Translations under genes and position numbers: made by a program
Assembly: GCA_049999805.1 (NCBI GenBank)
Contig: JBNGIO010006161.1
Coordinates: 62,001-126,000, forward strand
DNA: 64,000 bases
Origin: Folioceros fuciformis
Lineage: Eukaryota
Direction of reading: 5' to 3'
The notes under the pieces: generated by a model
What the model was told of the DNA's origin: nothing
Database searches by the model: none
Seen by the model: only the letters and a program-made list of their open reading frames with translations
In this document: one piece after another, positions 24,479 to 36,340 of the stretch
Layout of the letters: the number at the start of each line of letters is the position of its first letter
Position numbering within the stretch: the stretch's first letter is position 1

Positions 24479-25748
24479 CTATCGGCGATTACAACTCGGA
24501 ACCCTTTTTGATAGAAAGCTGCTCACTCTGTTGCACAACATCAACCAAGGAATGACACTCACCTGCAAGAGAAACTGATTTGTGTAAACCTCGCTGAATG
24601 TCTGAACACGAACCTCAGCAAACGAGAGTTCAAATACCGGGATAACCTCAGACGACATCGTGACAGGAGTGATGGAAAACGTTCGTCCTGTCAAGGCAAC
24701 ATCAGCACTTCCTGAGAGGTAGCTGTAGAAAGCTTGCACTTCATATGTCGGAGACAGGACAGTAGTAACTCGAACGACATGCGTTCCAGTGGAACAATCG
24801 AACATACCAATCGGGTATAGAAGGTGAGCAGGTATGGTCGCCACCGGAGTTCCCCAGAACCACCACAAGAAGAAAACATTAACAAGAGCCTGCAATACGA
24901 CGAGGCACATCGAAAGGTGAGGTGGAAAGCTTACAGAAGACAGTTCCGGGGTTCGAGGAAAGCACACACTGTATGCTAAGTAAGATCTTGAAGAGCCTAC
25001 GGCGTAAAACTAGCATAAGAGCGGGGCTGAAACCAAGCCTTTGCAAATAACCTGGAGCAAGGTCGGGAGAAACGAGACAACAGATCTCTGCCGCTGGGAA
25101 ACTTGCTTGGTCTTCAGTCTCACTGTACCAAACGCGTGCGTCACAAGAGCACAATCAATCCACAGTGCTTTGCATCAGACAACAAAACAAGCCATTGAAG
25201 AGAAAGATAGCACTTACACTTACCGGAGCACAGATCTGTCCTACATTTTTACATATATGCAGAGAGTTCGTATACACAAAAATCCGTTTTCAAAAGCGTA
25301 AAATTCAGTACACAATGACTTACGCTCTGCAAGTTCTTTCTCCTTCTGAGCAGCAACACGTTTCAGTTTCGCAGACTTGGCGAACGTCGCGGGCCTGGAC
25401 GGTACGACAACCACAAACCCGTCTACAAGGCTGGTCGACCTCGCAAAAACTGGAAAGGAGAAGAAAAAGGGAAGTACGTCGAAAACGCTTCAGCTTGCTT
25501 CAGCAGCGCCTTGACCTCCTTTGCGAGAGCGGATTCCTGACTGGTCGCAGACTCTCTCTGCCGCCGCAAGACACGATGTTAGGTACGGAAAGCTCCGTCT
25601 CCTTCCCCAGGTGGAGGAAAACATAAAATTGAAGCACCTTCATGATGCCTTGCAAGAGCGCCAAAATCAGGTGCAGCGACAACACCGATGCCAAGATGGC
25701 AGCAGCTGCCCCGTCTTCGGCCGCGAAGGGCCCGTATCCGAACGCCAT
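24479..25748 (-). CDS. GET1: GET1/WRB tail-anchored protein insertase, multi-exon
   Basis: Exons give an N-terminal TM, EVKALLKQAEAFSTPATFAKSAKLKRVAAQKEKEL, WWFWGTPVA and VSVIPWLMLCNRVSSFL, as in plant GET1. Confidence 0.8.
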
Positions 25749-26227
25749 CCTCAACTTCGCCGAGGAGCGAAGCTGGAAATCAGAAGTCCCTATATATATA
25801 TCAAGGACAGTCCAGTAAACTATGTGCGTATGTATGTACTGTAGCTACACAAGGATGTCTCCTTTACTGAACTTCCAGATTAACATCGTGAACACTACAA
25901 AATGATGCCCTGCCCTAAAATTTGGCCACACAGGTTTGGCGCTAGTCGCATTCTAAAACCCTGAACCCATATGGTGTGTTGCCAGAGACGGGGCGGCTGA
26001 AGCTGCACCGTCTTCAGTGCCAGGGGGTCGGCGTGCGAAATGCTTCTTTCTATTGATCCTGAAATGGGAAGCCACCATACAGAGTCGCGCGCTAGGGATG
26101 GTAATTGTGACCTGTAAATACTGCCAGCAAGTGTGGGCGAGCTCTAAAGCCCTGAATTCTGAATTAGTGCTGGAGCCTGCACGGGGAGGCCGGCGAACGT
26201 TCCTCAGCCGCTAGAGATTTGGCTTCC

Positions 26228-29200
26228 ATGGCGCCGATGAACATCAAAGATGTGCTAACGGCATTCAGTCCTGACGGAAAATTCCTTGCGCTCACCTCTG
26301 GGGATGGCCGTGTGAAGGTGAAGCTTCGCTGACCTGCCCTGTTTGTTTACTTTAGAATCATCCGGCACAAGGGAAAGCAGTTTAGAGGTTTGGATTCTAT
26401 CGTGTGGATGCATAACTTGTCAGCTGATGGAGTTGAGAATGCTGGGGGATGCAGACGTGGGATGTGGGGAGTGGACATATGCGTGGGGAGTTCGTGGATA
26501 TTGCATCTTCCTCTAATAGTGTGGGCACTGCAACGGGACTTGCGAATGGACATTTAGCTGTAGAGTATACATCGCTTGCATGGGGGAATTCCGTCAGCTC
26601 TGCGCAGAAGAAGGTGCGTGTTGGACGTGGATGCCAACCAAGTATCACTATCACAACTCTGGGATGTTTGCAGCTAGCCCCTGTCTGGGATTTCCTTTGT
26701 AGATGGCTTCAATCTTCTCTTTGTGTTCTCAGCTCACCTGCTTGGGGGTCTCGATTTGTAGGCGAAAAAAAGGGGCGGGACCTCTTTGCTGCTAGCCCTG
26801 GGAACTGGGTCTGGGGACGTGTTAGCCTGGGATGCAGCACTTGGTGAACTGAAGTGGAGGAAGAATGATGTCAATCCTGGGTCAGCTCTTGCTATAATGC
26901 TGAGACTGCTCATTCTGACATGATGAAATCTTTTGTTGTGTCATTGGTTTCTGTGAAGCCATATTTCCCATTTTTTCCAGGTCTATTCCTCATGCTCTTG
27001 CAACCTTGTTCTTCATGTAGGGGTGTGAAAGCCATTGTCTTTTCAAGAAGTGGTCAAAGTCTCTATGCCGTTGGGGCTGATGGAATGGTTTGTGAGTTGG
27101 ATTCTGGAGATGGAAGGCTGATGCAGAAGTTTAAAGGGTCAAAAGCTCCCCTATCAAGTGTTGCAGTTTCACCAGGTTATTTCGCTTGCCATCCTTTTCG
27201 TCTCCTTGTCTTTGCAAAATCGTGCTTGCATGGCGTATGCCCTTGCTAATGCTTGATTTGGTATTTCAGATGGTGACAAGTTACTTGCGGCCAGCGCTGA
27301 GATTAAAATTATTGATTTATCGAGTAAAAAGCGGATTCGCAAGTTTACAGGGCATCCTGTAAGTGCTTGTCGTTTTGCCGTGCATCTTGCTTTCATGCTC
27401 ACAAGTCAGGGCATCTGCTCTCCTGCTCTTAACTGAGGTCATTTGAACTTTCTTCTACTGTCTGCTCACAGGCTTTGGTGAGGGCAATGGTGTTCGCAGA
27501 AGATGGGCAACACATAATCTCAGCAGCTCCTGGTGACCGTCATGTCGCTGTGTGGCTGTGTAATCAGGAGAAATCTGGAAGTGGCGCTGCTTTTACCCTC
27601 CCTATGGAGCAGCCAGCTGTAGCTCTTGACTGCAGTGGTTTTGGGACCGATGGAGAAAACGTTAGAGTCCTTGCCCTGTCAGAAACAGGGATTGCGTATG
27701 TCTGGATAGCAGCTAATGTGGAAGGCCTAGCTAAGGCCAAGCCAGTGAAAATTAGTGTTGCTAGGGAAAACTCAGGGACAGGCTCTCCTGAAAAGGTCAG
27801 GAGAAGCACCAGAAGTTGCATCCTGGCAGCCAGGTTGCTAAGCAGAAGAGATGGCTCAGGCTCTGTGCTGTTAGCTCGAGGCACCTCTGCCAGGCCTCAA
27901 TTTGAAAGGGTGCCTGTTGATGGTCAAAATACACATATTGTCCTTCATGCTCCAGAAACTGGGGATTTGCTGTCTGGAGGACAGAAGAAGACTGACTTGG
28001 GAAGGGCAGCTGAGTCACGTGATGGTACTAGCTTAAAACTGATGTATGTTAGTATTGGGCCTCTGCTGGCATTCTGGTGTTTTAATTCCGTATTTTCCTT
28101 TGGTGCAGTGGCTGTTGTAGGTCCCGATAGCGCTGTGGACGCTGTTTTCACAAGAGCTCACATAGAATCTGACGGGGAAGTCCTGAAGACGCCTAGGAAA
28201 GAGAAGAAACGAAAAGCGTCAATGGCATTGGATGCAGAGCAGCCTACTGGGAAGCATTCTAAGTCGGCAGGTGAGGCCTACCCTGCTGGGCTTGTGCGTG
28301 GAAGGATTGCTGTTTTCCTGAGAGCACGTCGTCTCACGTGGTTTTGTACTTACGCTTTTCAGACGTTCTAGCGGATGGAGTCTCAGGAATGGAGGTGGAC
28401 GGAGAGCAGGAGCCAACGATGGAGGATCGGTTGATTGCCTTAGGACTCGTAGAATCTGAGGAAAGGAAGTTGGTGGAGCAAAGCAAGGCGTTAGATCCTT
28501 TGGTCGTACCCAAGGCAGATAGTTTACAAGTTCTTCTGACCCAGGCCATTCATGCGGATGATAACGCCCTGCTAGAGCGTTGTGTTGCGGTCACTGATCC
28601 CAAGGTACGTCTTTGTTCCATCATCACTCCTGCCTCGTATTCCACGGACAATGCGCATCGTTATATGGTCTGGTCTCATGTGCAGGTTATATCCAATACC
28701 GTTAGCAGGCTACGTACACACGATGTTGCAAAGTTCCTGGGACTGATGGTTTTTAAAATGGAGACGAGGTTCGTGTTAACTTCGGCAGACCTGGATATCT
28801 TGTTCCTTGATCTCGACTGGACGTTCCTTCAGTTCGAATGTTTCTCTGGATGTGATTGTCAAGCTCATTGGTTGAAACAAAATGCAGACCAAGACGAGGA
28901 TTGAACCTGGTACCTTGGATAAGAGCAGCGCTTACACAGCACGCGGCTTCCCTCATGTCAGCTCCATCTATGCAGCCTGTTTTAGCGTCTTTGTATCGGG
29001 TGCGGTTTCTTCACTTTTGTTTCAAGATTCTCTTTACGATTCATGTACGTGTGCACGGATGCGTGAGCTGTACACTGACGGGGTACTATGTCCGTTATGC
29101 AGATAATCGATGCAAGAGTTTCAGTATTCAAGCCTCTCCTCTCTCTCTCTGGCCGCCTTGACCTCATTCTGGCACAGGTCTGCCTCCACCTTGCACCCCA

Positions 29201-29495
29201 TCTCGTTACTCATCCATCCGCCGCAAAATGGACAAAGCGCGTGACCCGTGAGCTGCTGCTTTGTGTAACGCAGACACCCAAGGAGAATCAAGAAGAAGCA
29301 AGGGCAGAAGGACCTGCCGTAGTCTACGAAGACGAAAGCTCTGAACCTGAATCAGAGGATGTCATGGATGAGCAGGTGCATGACGGTGTGGCCAAGGACA
29401 GCAGCGACGACGAGCAGGAAGCCTTGTCTGCCCTTCCCAACGGCCACAGTTCATTGCAAGACGACGAATCTTCGGACGGGGATGACGCGCCTTGA
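26228..29495 (+). CDS. WDR43: WDR43/UTP5 (WD40 repeats plus Utp12/Dip2-like domain), multi-exon
   Basis: MAPMNIKDVLTAFSPDGKFLALTSGDGRVK, WD40 exons, SLQVLLTQAIHADDNALLERC, LVPWIRAAL, LSLSGRLDLIL and an acidic tail. Confidence 0.9.
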
Positions 29496-29582
29496 AACCG
29501 GGACCTCTGAAGCGCCAGATGCTTTTTTGATAAGTTGAGTGTAATTCAATCGAATCTGTAGTTCTACCACATTTGTTTATGG

Positions 29583-30412
29583 TCAAAAGGGTTTGTCCCC
29601 AATTACAGTAGCTCTGTGCATCACCCGGCGGTGGTGAGGGACGTAGTCTCCCACCGCGTAGTGCTGGGTTATGCGGTTGTCCCAGAACGCTACATCGTTC
29701 ACCTCCCACCGCCAACGCAACGTGAACTCTGGTCTGACGATGTGCGCGAAGAGCAATGCCAGCAGGGCATCGCTTTCCCGCTGGCTGACACCTAGGATCC
29801 GCGTGGTGAAGCCTTCGCTGACGAAGAGGCCTTTGCGACCGGTCATCGGGTGTGTGCGCACGACCGGGTGGACTACCGGCGGGTGCCGCTTCTTANNNNN
29901 NNNNNNNNNNNNNNNNNNNNNNNNNNNNNNNNNNNNNNNNNNNNNNNNNNNNNNNNNNNNNNNNNNNNNNNNNNNNNNNNNNNNNNNNNNNNNNNGGACA
30001 GAGCGTCGAAGGCCGCCGAACAGCTGGACCACAGCGTGTCGCCGCCTGCGCCAGGTGGCGGCAGACGCTGTGCTGACAGGATCGTGCCCAGTGGAGGAGT
30101 CTCGATCCACGTCACGTCCGTGTGCCAGTTGTCGTTGTCCGGCGGGTGGTCGCCGTCCGCGTCCAGGACCATGATCCCTGGCAAGCCCGGGCTGCTGGGA
30201 TAGATGGGATGGACGTGCAATTCGCCGAATCGAGACGCGAACGCGTGTTGCTGCTGCGGGCTCAGCGGCTGGTTCCGGAAGAATATCACTTGATGCTGGA
30301 GCAGCGCCTCCGTGATGCTCTCGATCTCTTCCTTGCTCAATTCCTCCGAGAGCTTCACTCCTTCCACCACGGCGCCGATGGCCGGCGACAGCGGCGTCAC
30401 ACGCACTGCCAT
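29583..30412 (-). CDS. tauD: Alpha-ketoglutarate-dependent taurine dioxygenase, bacterial type; no intron in the visible coding sequence; spans a 100-N gap
   Basis: [59 protein letters not shown] and [15 protein letters not shown] are near-collinear with E. coli TauD as I recall it. The HxD...H facial triad is intact. Confidence 0.93.
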
Positions 30413-30523
30413 TCCTCAAATCTGTGCCGCCTCCACAATTTGCAAGGTCTCGCTAAGAAACGACAAGGGTTTACGGAAGCAGATACACTCACAAAGAAGC
30501 CACAATGTCTCTCGAACCAGAAA

Positions 30524-30630
30524 GTCTCAATGCCTCTCAAAGAAGAAATCTCAAGGCCTCTCAAACCTGAATGGCCCAGGCCTCTCAAAGCTGAATTCTC
30601 AAGGCCTCTCGAAGCTGAAATCTCAAGGTC
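30524..30630. repeat. 24-bp minisatellite, about 4.5 copies, upstream of tauD
   Basis: Units of the form tctcaaggcctctcaaagctgaa(a/t). Confidence 0.85.
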
Positions 30631-30988
30631 TGCGTTGAGGATGATGGATTGCGTCTTCTGCGGGAATCTGAGCATGAAGGGAGTGCTGCCTTTACGAATC
30701 GTCCAGGTACAGAGCACTTAGAGAAGGTAGGGCCGGGTCTTATTACCATCCACGCAATCGGGTCTTGCCACAACTGGAGGCAGATATCCAAGCTGCTGAC
30801 AATTCCACATGATTTAGATTGTTTTCAAAAGTCCTCAGCTGCTGACGAATTCCTCCGTAGCTTGGACCTATACTAGTCCGATTTCTACCAGAGGTGAAAG
30901 ACAATAGACTAATGATGTTATTGGATGTCAGGGACAGCGTCACACTCGGTCGAAGCCTTTGATTCTTCAGACGTGCTCCGAGGGAAGT

Positions 30989-32278
30989 TCAGTACAGGCA
31001 CAAGCGGAATGGCTGAGACAACAGCGCCGGGAGGAGATGACGTCGGTACAACTCCCAGAACTCCCTCCTGCAAAACAGACCTCTCCTGTCACTTCAGGGA
31101 TGCCAAATAGCAGATCTAGACTGGAGACAGATAGGGTGGACATCTTACTGCACATCGGGCACGCTCAAAACCGTGAGGCCCTTGACATCCTGGTGCATAT
31201 CCAGCAGCACCAGTGACAGTTGCCCCAGACCTAATGCTCCCAGATCCACCAATTTTCTGATTCTGTCATATGCAGATAGGTTGTCACTTTAGTACAAGGC
31301 AATGCTAATGGGAGATTAACGAAGGGACCATGTGGAGAAAGACTGAGTGAGTGCCAGACCTGTTCGGAGTACCAGCGGCTATGTTCACCCGTCGTTTCAA
31401 AGCCTTTACCTGAACAGACCATGATGCAGGATCGTCCATCAGCGGGAGGTACTTGGAGAGGTGGAAACAGTAGACAAAGGTACGAGGGCTTTGAGAAACA
31501 TGCCTGCTCCTCAACTTTGATGTGCTTAGCGAACAGCTTTGCAGGTGGACAGTCAGCAGTGAAGAACGACTTCAATCCCCTGGTCACATCGACACCGGGA
31601 GCAAACACGAGAGTAAAGTACGCATCATGACAGCTGACTTGAGAGGGGTAAGACTAGGAATGAGCGTATCACGCTGCCGCACCTCAAGAGGTCCACACAT
31701 CGGTTTGCGGAACTGCATATGACAAGCAGAGAGACGCCTCCTGGTTCCCTCCCGGACTCACTATCGTCAGCAAGCTCGGTACCACACAGAGTCTCTTGCC
31801 ACGATGGCCCTATAACAGATTTCACATGGTCGCCCAGACTCTCCACACTGCGATCCTTTGCTTCCTCCAAGTGAGCAAATTTCTCGGCTGTCCAGCATCC
31901 AGCATCCAGGAGTCAGATACCAAGCCCTGGTCTGTCACCAACACTTTAACTATTCTGCAAACTGGATCAGAACTGGCAGAAACCTGGGACAACATCCTGC
32001 TCCAGCGAGGAGAGCACAGCGCCGAAGAAGGAGTGAAACTGAGCAGCAAACCACTGGGCCTGCTCTCCGGGAGAGCGCCACTGCACCGCGCTTCTGTCGC
32101 TGGCATTTGCACTCCCATCCTCCTTGCCCTTCTCCCTCTGCTCTTTACCAAGGTCCTTCTTTCTCAAAGGCTTGGTAAGCCTCTGCTTCTTCTTCAGGGG
32201 CCTTGCTAGAGCCTTCGTGGTCTTCGGCTTGACGCCGCCATTCAGAGAAGCCCGGCGATTCCTGTTAACTAACGGCAT
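30989..32278 (-). CDS. CMS1: CMS1/CMSS1 90S pre-ribosome factor, multi-exon
   Basis: LLVICSSANRCVDLLR, AKLFAKHIKVEEQVKAL, NIAAGTPNR, LDMHQDVKG, EFWELY...LCLY*. Confidence 0.88.
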
Positions 32279-32559
32279 TGCTTACTGTTGATTTTACGAT
32301 CATCGTTCGGCGGCCCACGCACCCATCAGGCAACTATACCCTGCTCCCCGTGGAGTTCACATGTATATAGTCTCGTGTACATATTCCTATTTCTGTCTCG
32401 ACGGAACTCCGTCGTCCTCCATAGTGGACTGTAATAGAAGTCTTCTTCATCCCCCTCTTCTGAATTCATGCGCAGTTGTTCCCAGGGTGTAGGAATGTAG
32501 GGCTTGTAGGTGACAGGTGGGCAGATCTAGAAGGGCCTGTTTGCTCGTCGACGTCCTTC

Positions 32560-35412
32560 ATGGGCCTTGCGGCTGAGGCTGCACCGGCCTTTGCCCGAGC
32601 TGGTTTACTGATAAAAACACCGAGCAAGCTGTTTCAAGAGGGATTAGGCAGGGTGCTGACTAGCCGTGATGCTCTTCAGGTTGCAACTTGGAAGATTGTT
32701 TGTGAGCAGGGTCGACTTCTGGAAGCCGTGGAAGCGTTGGACCCTGTTGTGCAGCAGGGATCGTATGTTCCAGATTCGATCTTCTACCAACTGCTCAGGG
32801 GGTGCATGATCAGGAAAGATCTGCTTGCTGGCAGGCGCCTTCATGCTCTGTCGGTTAAAAGCGGTCATGGCTGTAACACATTCTTGGCCAATCACATCAT
32901 TCGAATGTATGCGTCTCATGGAAGGTTGCAGGAAGCCTCAGAGGTTTTTTCCCAACTGGCAGCCCCGGATAGCTTCATGTGGTATTCTATTATTTCGGCA
33001 CATGCTGAATACGGTAAGCCTGGAGAAGCGTTGACACTGTATGGCGCGATGAGGCAGTCAGCTGTGAAGCCAAACGACTATATTTTTATGGCGGTGCTGA
33101 AAGCCTGTACAGCTGCCGCAGACGTAGAACTTGGCAAGCAGGTCCATTCTGATGTGTTAGGGACTGGGGCGGAGCCCAGTGTTTTGGTTGGCAACGGTCT
33201 GGTGGACTTGTATGTTAAGTGTGGGAGGTTGAAGGATGCTCGAGGTGTATTCGACAATATGTCTGTGAAGAATGTGGTGTCCTGGACTGCCATGATTGGA
33301 GGGTATGCTCAGCATGGTCAGGGTGAAGAGGCCCTTACTCTGTATTCATCTATGGTAGATGAGGGTCTGACTGAAGCGAATCAAGTCACCTTTGTGTGTT
33401 TATTGAAAGCATGTTCCAGTACCGGCGCTTTAGATAGAGGCAAGGAATTAGAGACGCAGATTCACGCAAGACAGCTGGAATCAGATCTAATACTTGGCAA
33501 CTGCCTGGTGGACATGTATGCAAAATGTGGGAGCATAAAGGATGCCCGCAGAGTGTTTGACCGATTGCCAACGAGAGACGTGGTCACGTGGAATACTTTG
33601 ATTGCTGGATATATTCAGCATGGGCTTGGTCAAGAAGGACTCAGTCTGTACCAACGAATGCAAGAAGAGGGCCTTACTCCAGATATTGTCACATTTGTGG
33701 CCCTTCTTAAAGCATGTGCCAGCTTTAGAGCTTTACATGAAGGCAAGGCAATTCATTCTCGGATCCAGGAACGTGGACTGGAAGGTGACTTGATTGTCAG
33801 CAGCAGCCTGGTGGATATGTATGCCAAGTGTGGGAGCTTGGAGGATGCTCGCAAAGTGTTTGATGATCTGGCCACCAAGGATGTGGTTGCATGGACTGCC
33901 ATGATCACAGGTTATGTCCAGCATGGCCTCTTTGAAGAGGCCCTTGATGTGTATAGAAACATGCAAACTGAGGGCATTACTCCAGCCAATCCTTTTACCT
34001 TTGTCTGCCTCCTGAAGGCATGTGCCATCAACAGATCGTTGCTGGAAGGCAAGCAGTTGTATAGGCAAATTCAGGAGCAAAGCTTGGACGCAGATGTGGT
34101 GGTTGGCAGCAGTCTTGTGGACATGTTCGCAAAATGCAGCAGCCTAGAAGAGGCTCGTGAAGTGTTCGACAGGTTGCCTAATAGAGATGTTGCGACCTGG
34201 AATGCCATGATCACAGGTTATGTTCATCATGGGCTCTATCAAGAAGCTCTGAATCTGCATGAAAACATGCAGCAGACGAGCAACATTCCAAGGAATAGCT
34301 CCATGTTTGTGTGTCTTTTGAGAGCATGTGCTGCACTTGGAGCGTTACAACAGGGAAAGCGGCTTCATTTGCATATTCAGGAATCAGGACTGTTAGCTGA
34401 CGAGCTTGTTGGCAGCAGCCTTGTGGACATGTATGCCAAGTGTGGCAGCTTGGAGGATGCCCGCACACTGCTGGACAGTTTGCCAACAAGGAATGTTGTG
34501 GCATGGACAGCTTTGCTGAATGGTTATGGTCAACACTGTGATGGCCAGGCGGCAATCCAGTGTTTCCAAGAGATGGAACAGCAGGGTGTTTCGCCTGACG
34601 ATGCTACATTTACCTGCCTACTTGTGGCATGCAGCCATCAGGGTATGGTTGATGAAGGTCAAAAGTATTTTAGAATGATGGTGGAAATTCATGGCATCAC
34701 TCCGTCTTTGTGTCACTATAATTGCATGGTTGATCTTCTCGGACGGGCAGGACATCTAGATGAAGCAGAGAATATGTTGCTGAAAATGCCGTTTGAAAGT
34801 GACCTTGTGGGCTGGACATCTTTGCTGAATTCCTGCAAGACTCATGGTGACGTTCAGCGGGGAAGGCGTTGCTTTGACAGGCTTGTACAGCTAAGCCCTC
34901 AGCACTCTGCTGCATATGTACTTTTGTCCAACATTTATGCAAATGCTAGTATGTGGAGTGAAGTGGAATCGGTAGAAAGTTTGAGGAGGTCTGTTGGTGC
35001 ATGTAAGAAGCCTGCAACTGCCTGGATTGAGCTCAACAGTAAAGTTCATGCCTTCTGCGTCGGGGAGGAAAGGGATGATGTAGCGTCCAAGCTACGGAGT
35101 GTAAATATGCTGCTCGAGGCTGGAAGTAACCTTGAGACACAGACAGAGTTGAGGTCAAAACTCGGGCCGGATCATGCAAGGCATGAGGATGCCTTGTGTG
35201 GACATGCTGAAAAGCTTGCTCTAGCATATGGTCTCCTGAATACTCCGGACGGCCAAACTCTTCTTGTCACCAAGAATCTTCGGATGTGCAATGACTGCCA
35301 CAGTGGAACCAAGATTATGTCCAGAGTTGAGAAGCGAGAGATCATAGTCAGAGATGCCCACCGCGTGCACCGTTTTGTGGATGGGTTTTGTTCTTGTGGT
35401 GATCAGGATTGA
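32560..35412 (+). CDS. PLS-PPR protein with complete DYW:KP-type deaminase-like domain (candidate U-to-C RNA editing factor)
   Basis: KKPATAWIE in place of the PG box, HAEKLALAYG, KNLRMCNDCH, and C-terminus HRFVDGFCSCGDQD. Intronless. Confidence 0.93.
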   Translation: MGLAAEAAPAFARAGLLIKTPSKLFQEGLGRVLTSRDALQVATWKIVCEQGRLLEAVEALDPVVQQGSYVPDSIFYQLLRGCMIRKDLLAGRRLHALSVKSGHGCNTFLANHIIRMYASHGRLQEASEVFSQLAAPDSFMWYSIISAHAEYGKPGEALTLYGAMRQSAVKPNDYIFMAVLKACTAAADVELGKQVHSDVLGTGAEPSVLVGNGLVDLYVKCGRLKDARGVFDNMSVKNVVSWTAMIGGYAQHGQGEEALTLYSSMVDEGLTEANQVTFVCLLKACSSTGALDRGKELETQIHARQLESDLILGNCLVDMYAKCGSIKDARRVFDRLPTRDVVTWNTLIAGYIQHGLGQEGLSLYQRMQEEGLTPDIVTFVALLKACASFRALHEGKAIHSRIQERGLEGDLIVSSSLVDMYAKCGSLEDARKVFDDLATKDVVAWTAMITGYVQHGLFEEALDVYRNMQTEGITPANPFTFVCLLKACAINRSLLEGKQLYRQIQEQSLDADVVVGSSLVDMFAKCSSLEEAREVFDRLPNRDVATWNAMITGYVHHGLYQEALNLHENMQQTSNIPRNSSMFVCLLRACAALGALQQGKRLHLHIQESGLLADELVGSSLVDMYAKCGSLEDARTLLDSLPTRNVVAWTALLNGYGQHCDGQAAIQCFQEMEQQGVSPDDATFTCLLVACSHQGMVDEGQKYFRMMVEIHGITPSLCHYNCMVDLLGRAGHLDEAENMLLKMPFESDLVGWTSLLNSCKTHGDVQRGRRCFDRLVQLSPQHSAAYVLLSNIYANASMWSEVESVESLRRSVGACKKPATAWIELNSKVHAFCVGEERDDVASKLRSVNMLLEAGSNLETQTELRSKLGPDHARHEDALCGHAEKLALAYGLLNTPDGQTLLVTKNLRMCNDCHSGTKIMSRVEKREIIVRDAHRVHRFVDGFCSCGDQD

Positions 35413-35929
35413 CTGAGTACACTATACTCCTTCGCAAGGTGCTGGTATTGGATGCAGCCATACTGAAGGTAGTGGGATCTAGAACGAAAGTCATGTTTGA
35501 TTCTTGTGAAAACTGCGGTTGGCTCTGTATGTGTGGATTGTGGCTTCGATCTTGGTGGTTTTGCATCTAAATCCAGACAATCTGTTTTGCCATTTCAATT
35601 GTTTTTTTACAGCCAAGTCTTGTGAATTCGCCCATCATGGCAGACAATGGGCATGGGTACGGACGGAAGCTCTTCTACATCTCCCTGCAAAAACTCAGGT
35701 CAGTCTCCTCCCACTTTCCTGTTTCTCTCCCGCTAATCGCATGCGGGGCTAGTCGTTACGCTCTGATCTGAACCCCAAGTTTGGCATCCAGCTTGCCCTG
35801 TGGCGTCTGCTGAAATGCATTGGATACGAAACCACGCACAGCAGCACTCGCGATTCACTTCGGAAACAGCTCGAACGGTAGTCGCCTCATTTCACACACA
35901 ATCGCCTTGCCAGTGCACGACTTCGCTTG

Positions 35930-36340
35930 ACCCTCGCTTTTGCTCCATCAAGTCTTCTGCTGATGTCTGACATCCGATTGGCTTTGGAAGGTGCAGTGCC
36001 CGGCGCATGGTTTCCTTACCACGGTTTTCTGGGTTCGAGTCTAATACATACCTGCGGACTTTTATCTTGCACACGTACGCATGTGGAGGCAGGCGGCAGG
36101 AGGCCATGAATTTGTTCACCAGGGTCTGTAAACCGGATGTCTTCATGTGTTGCTCAATCTCCTCACGTTCCAAACACAATGAACCCAAGGAGATGCGTGG
36201 CTCAGGTTTGAAGGCAAGTGTCTACGCCTCCATAGCAGCCCTTCAGGCTTGTGTTTCTGTTGCTGACATAGAATCTGGCAGAAAAGTGCACTGTGATGTG
36301 CTTGTTGCACGGCGATGTTCCTCCTGACTTGTGTGTTGGT
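35930..36340 (+). pseudogene. Degenerate N-terminal fragment of a PLS-PPR gene
   Basis: FESNTYLRTFILHTYACGGRRQEAMNLFTRVCKPDVFM...AALQAC...GRKVH aligns with the first repeats of the intact PPRs, with internal deletions and an early stop. Confidence 0.75.

Noticed and set aside
29896-29995. Frame change inside tauD
   Set aside because: It falls in a 100-N placeholder gap of arbitrary length, so it is not evidence of pseudogenisation.
30413-30417. GAGGA directly before the tauD ATG as a relic Shine-Dalgarno site
   Set aside because: Zero spacing to the start codon and only 5 nt long; likely chance.
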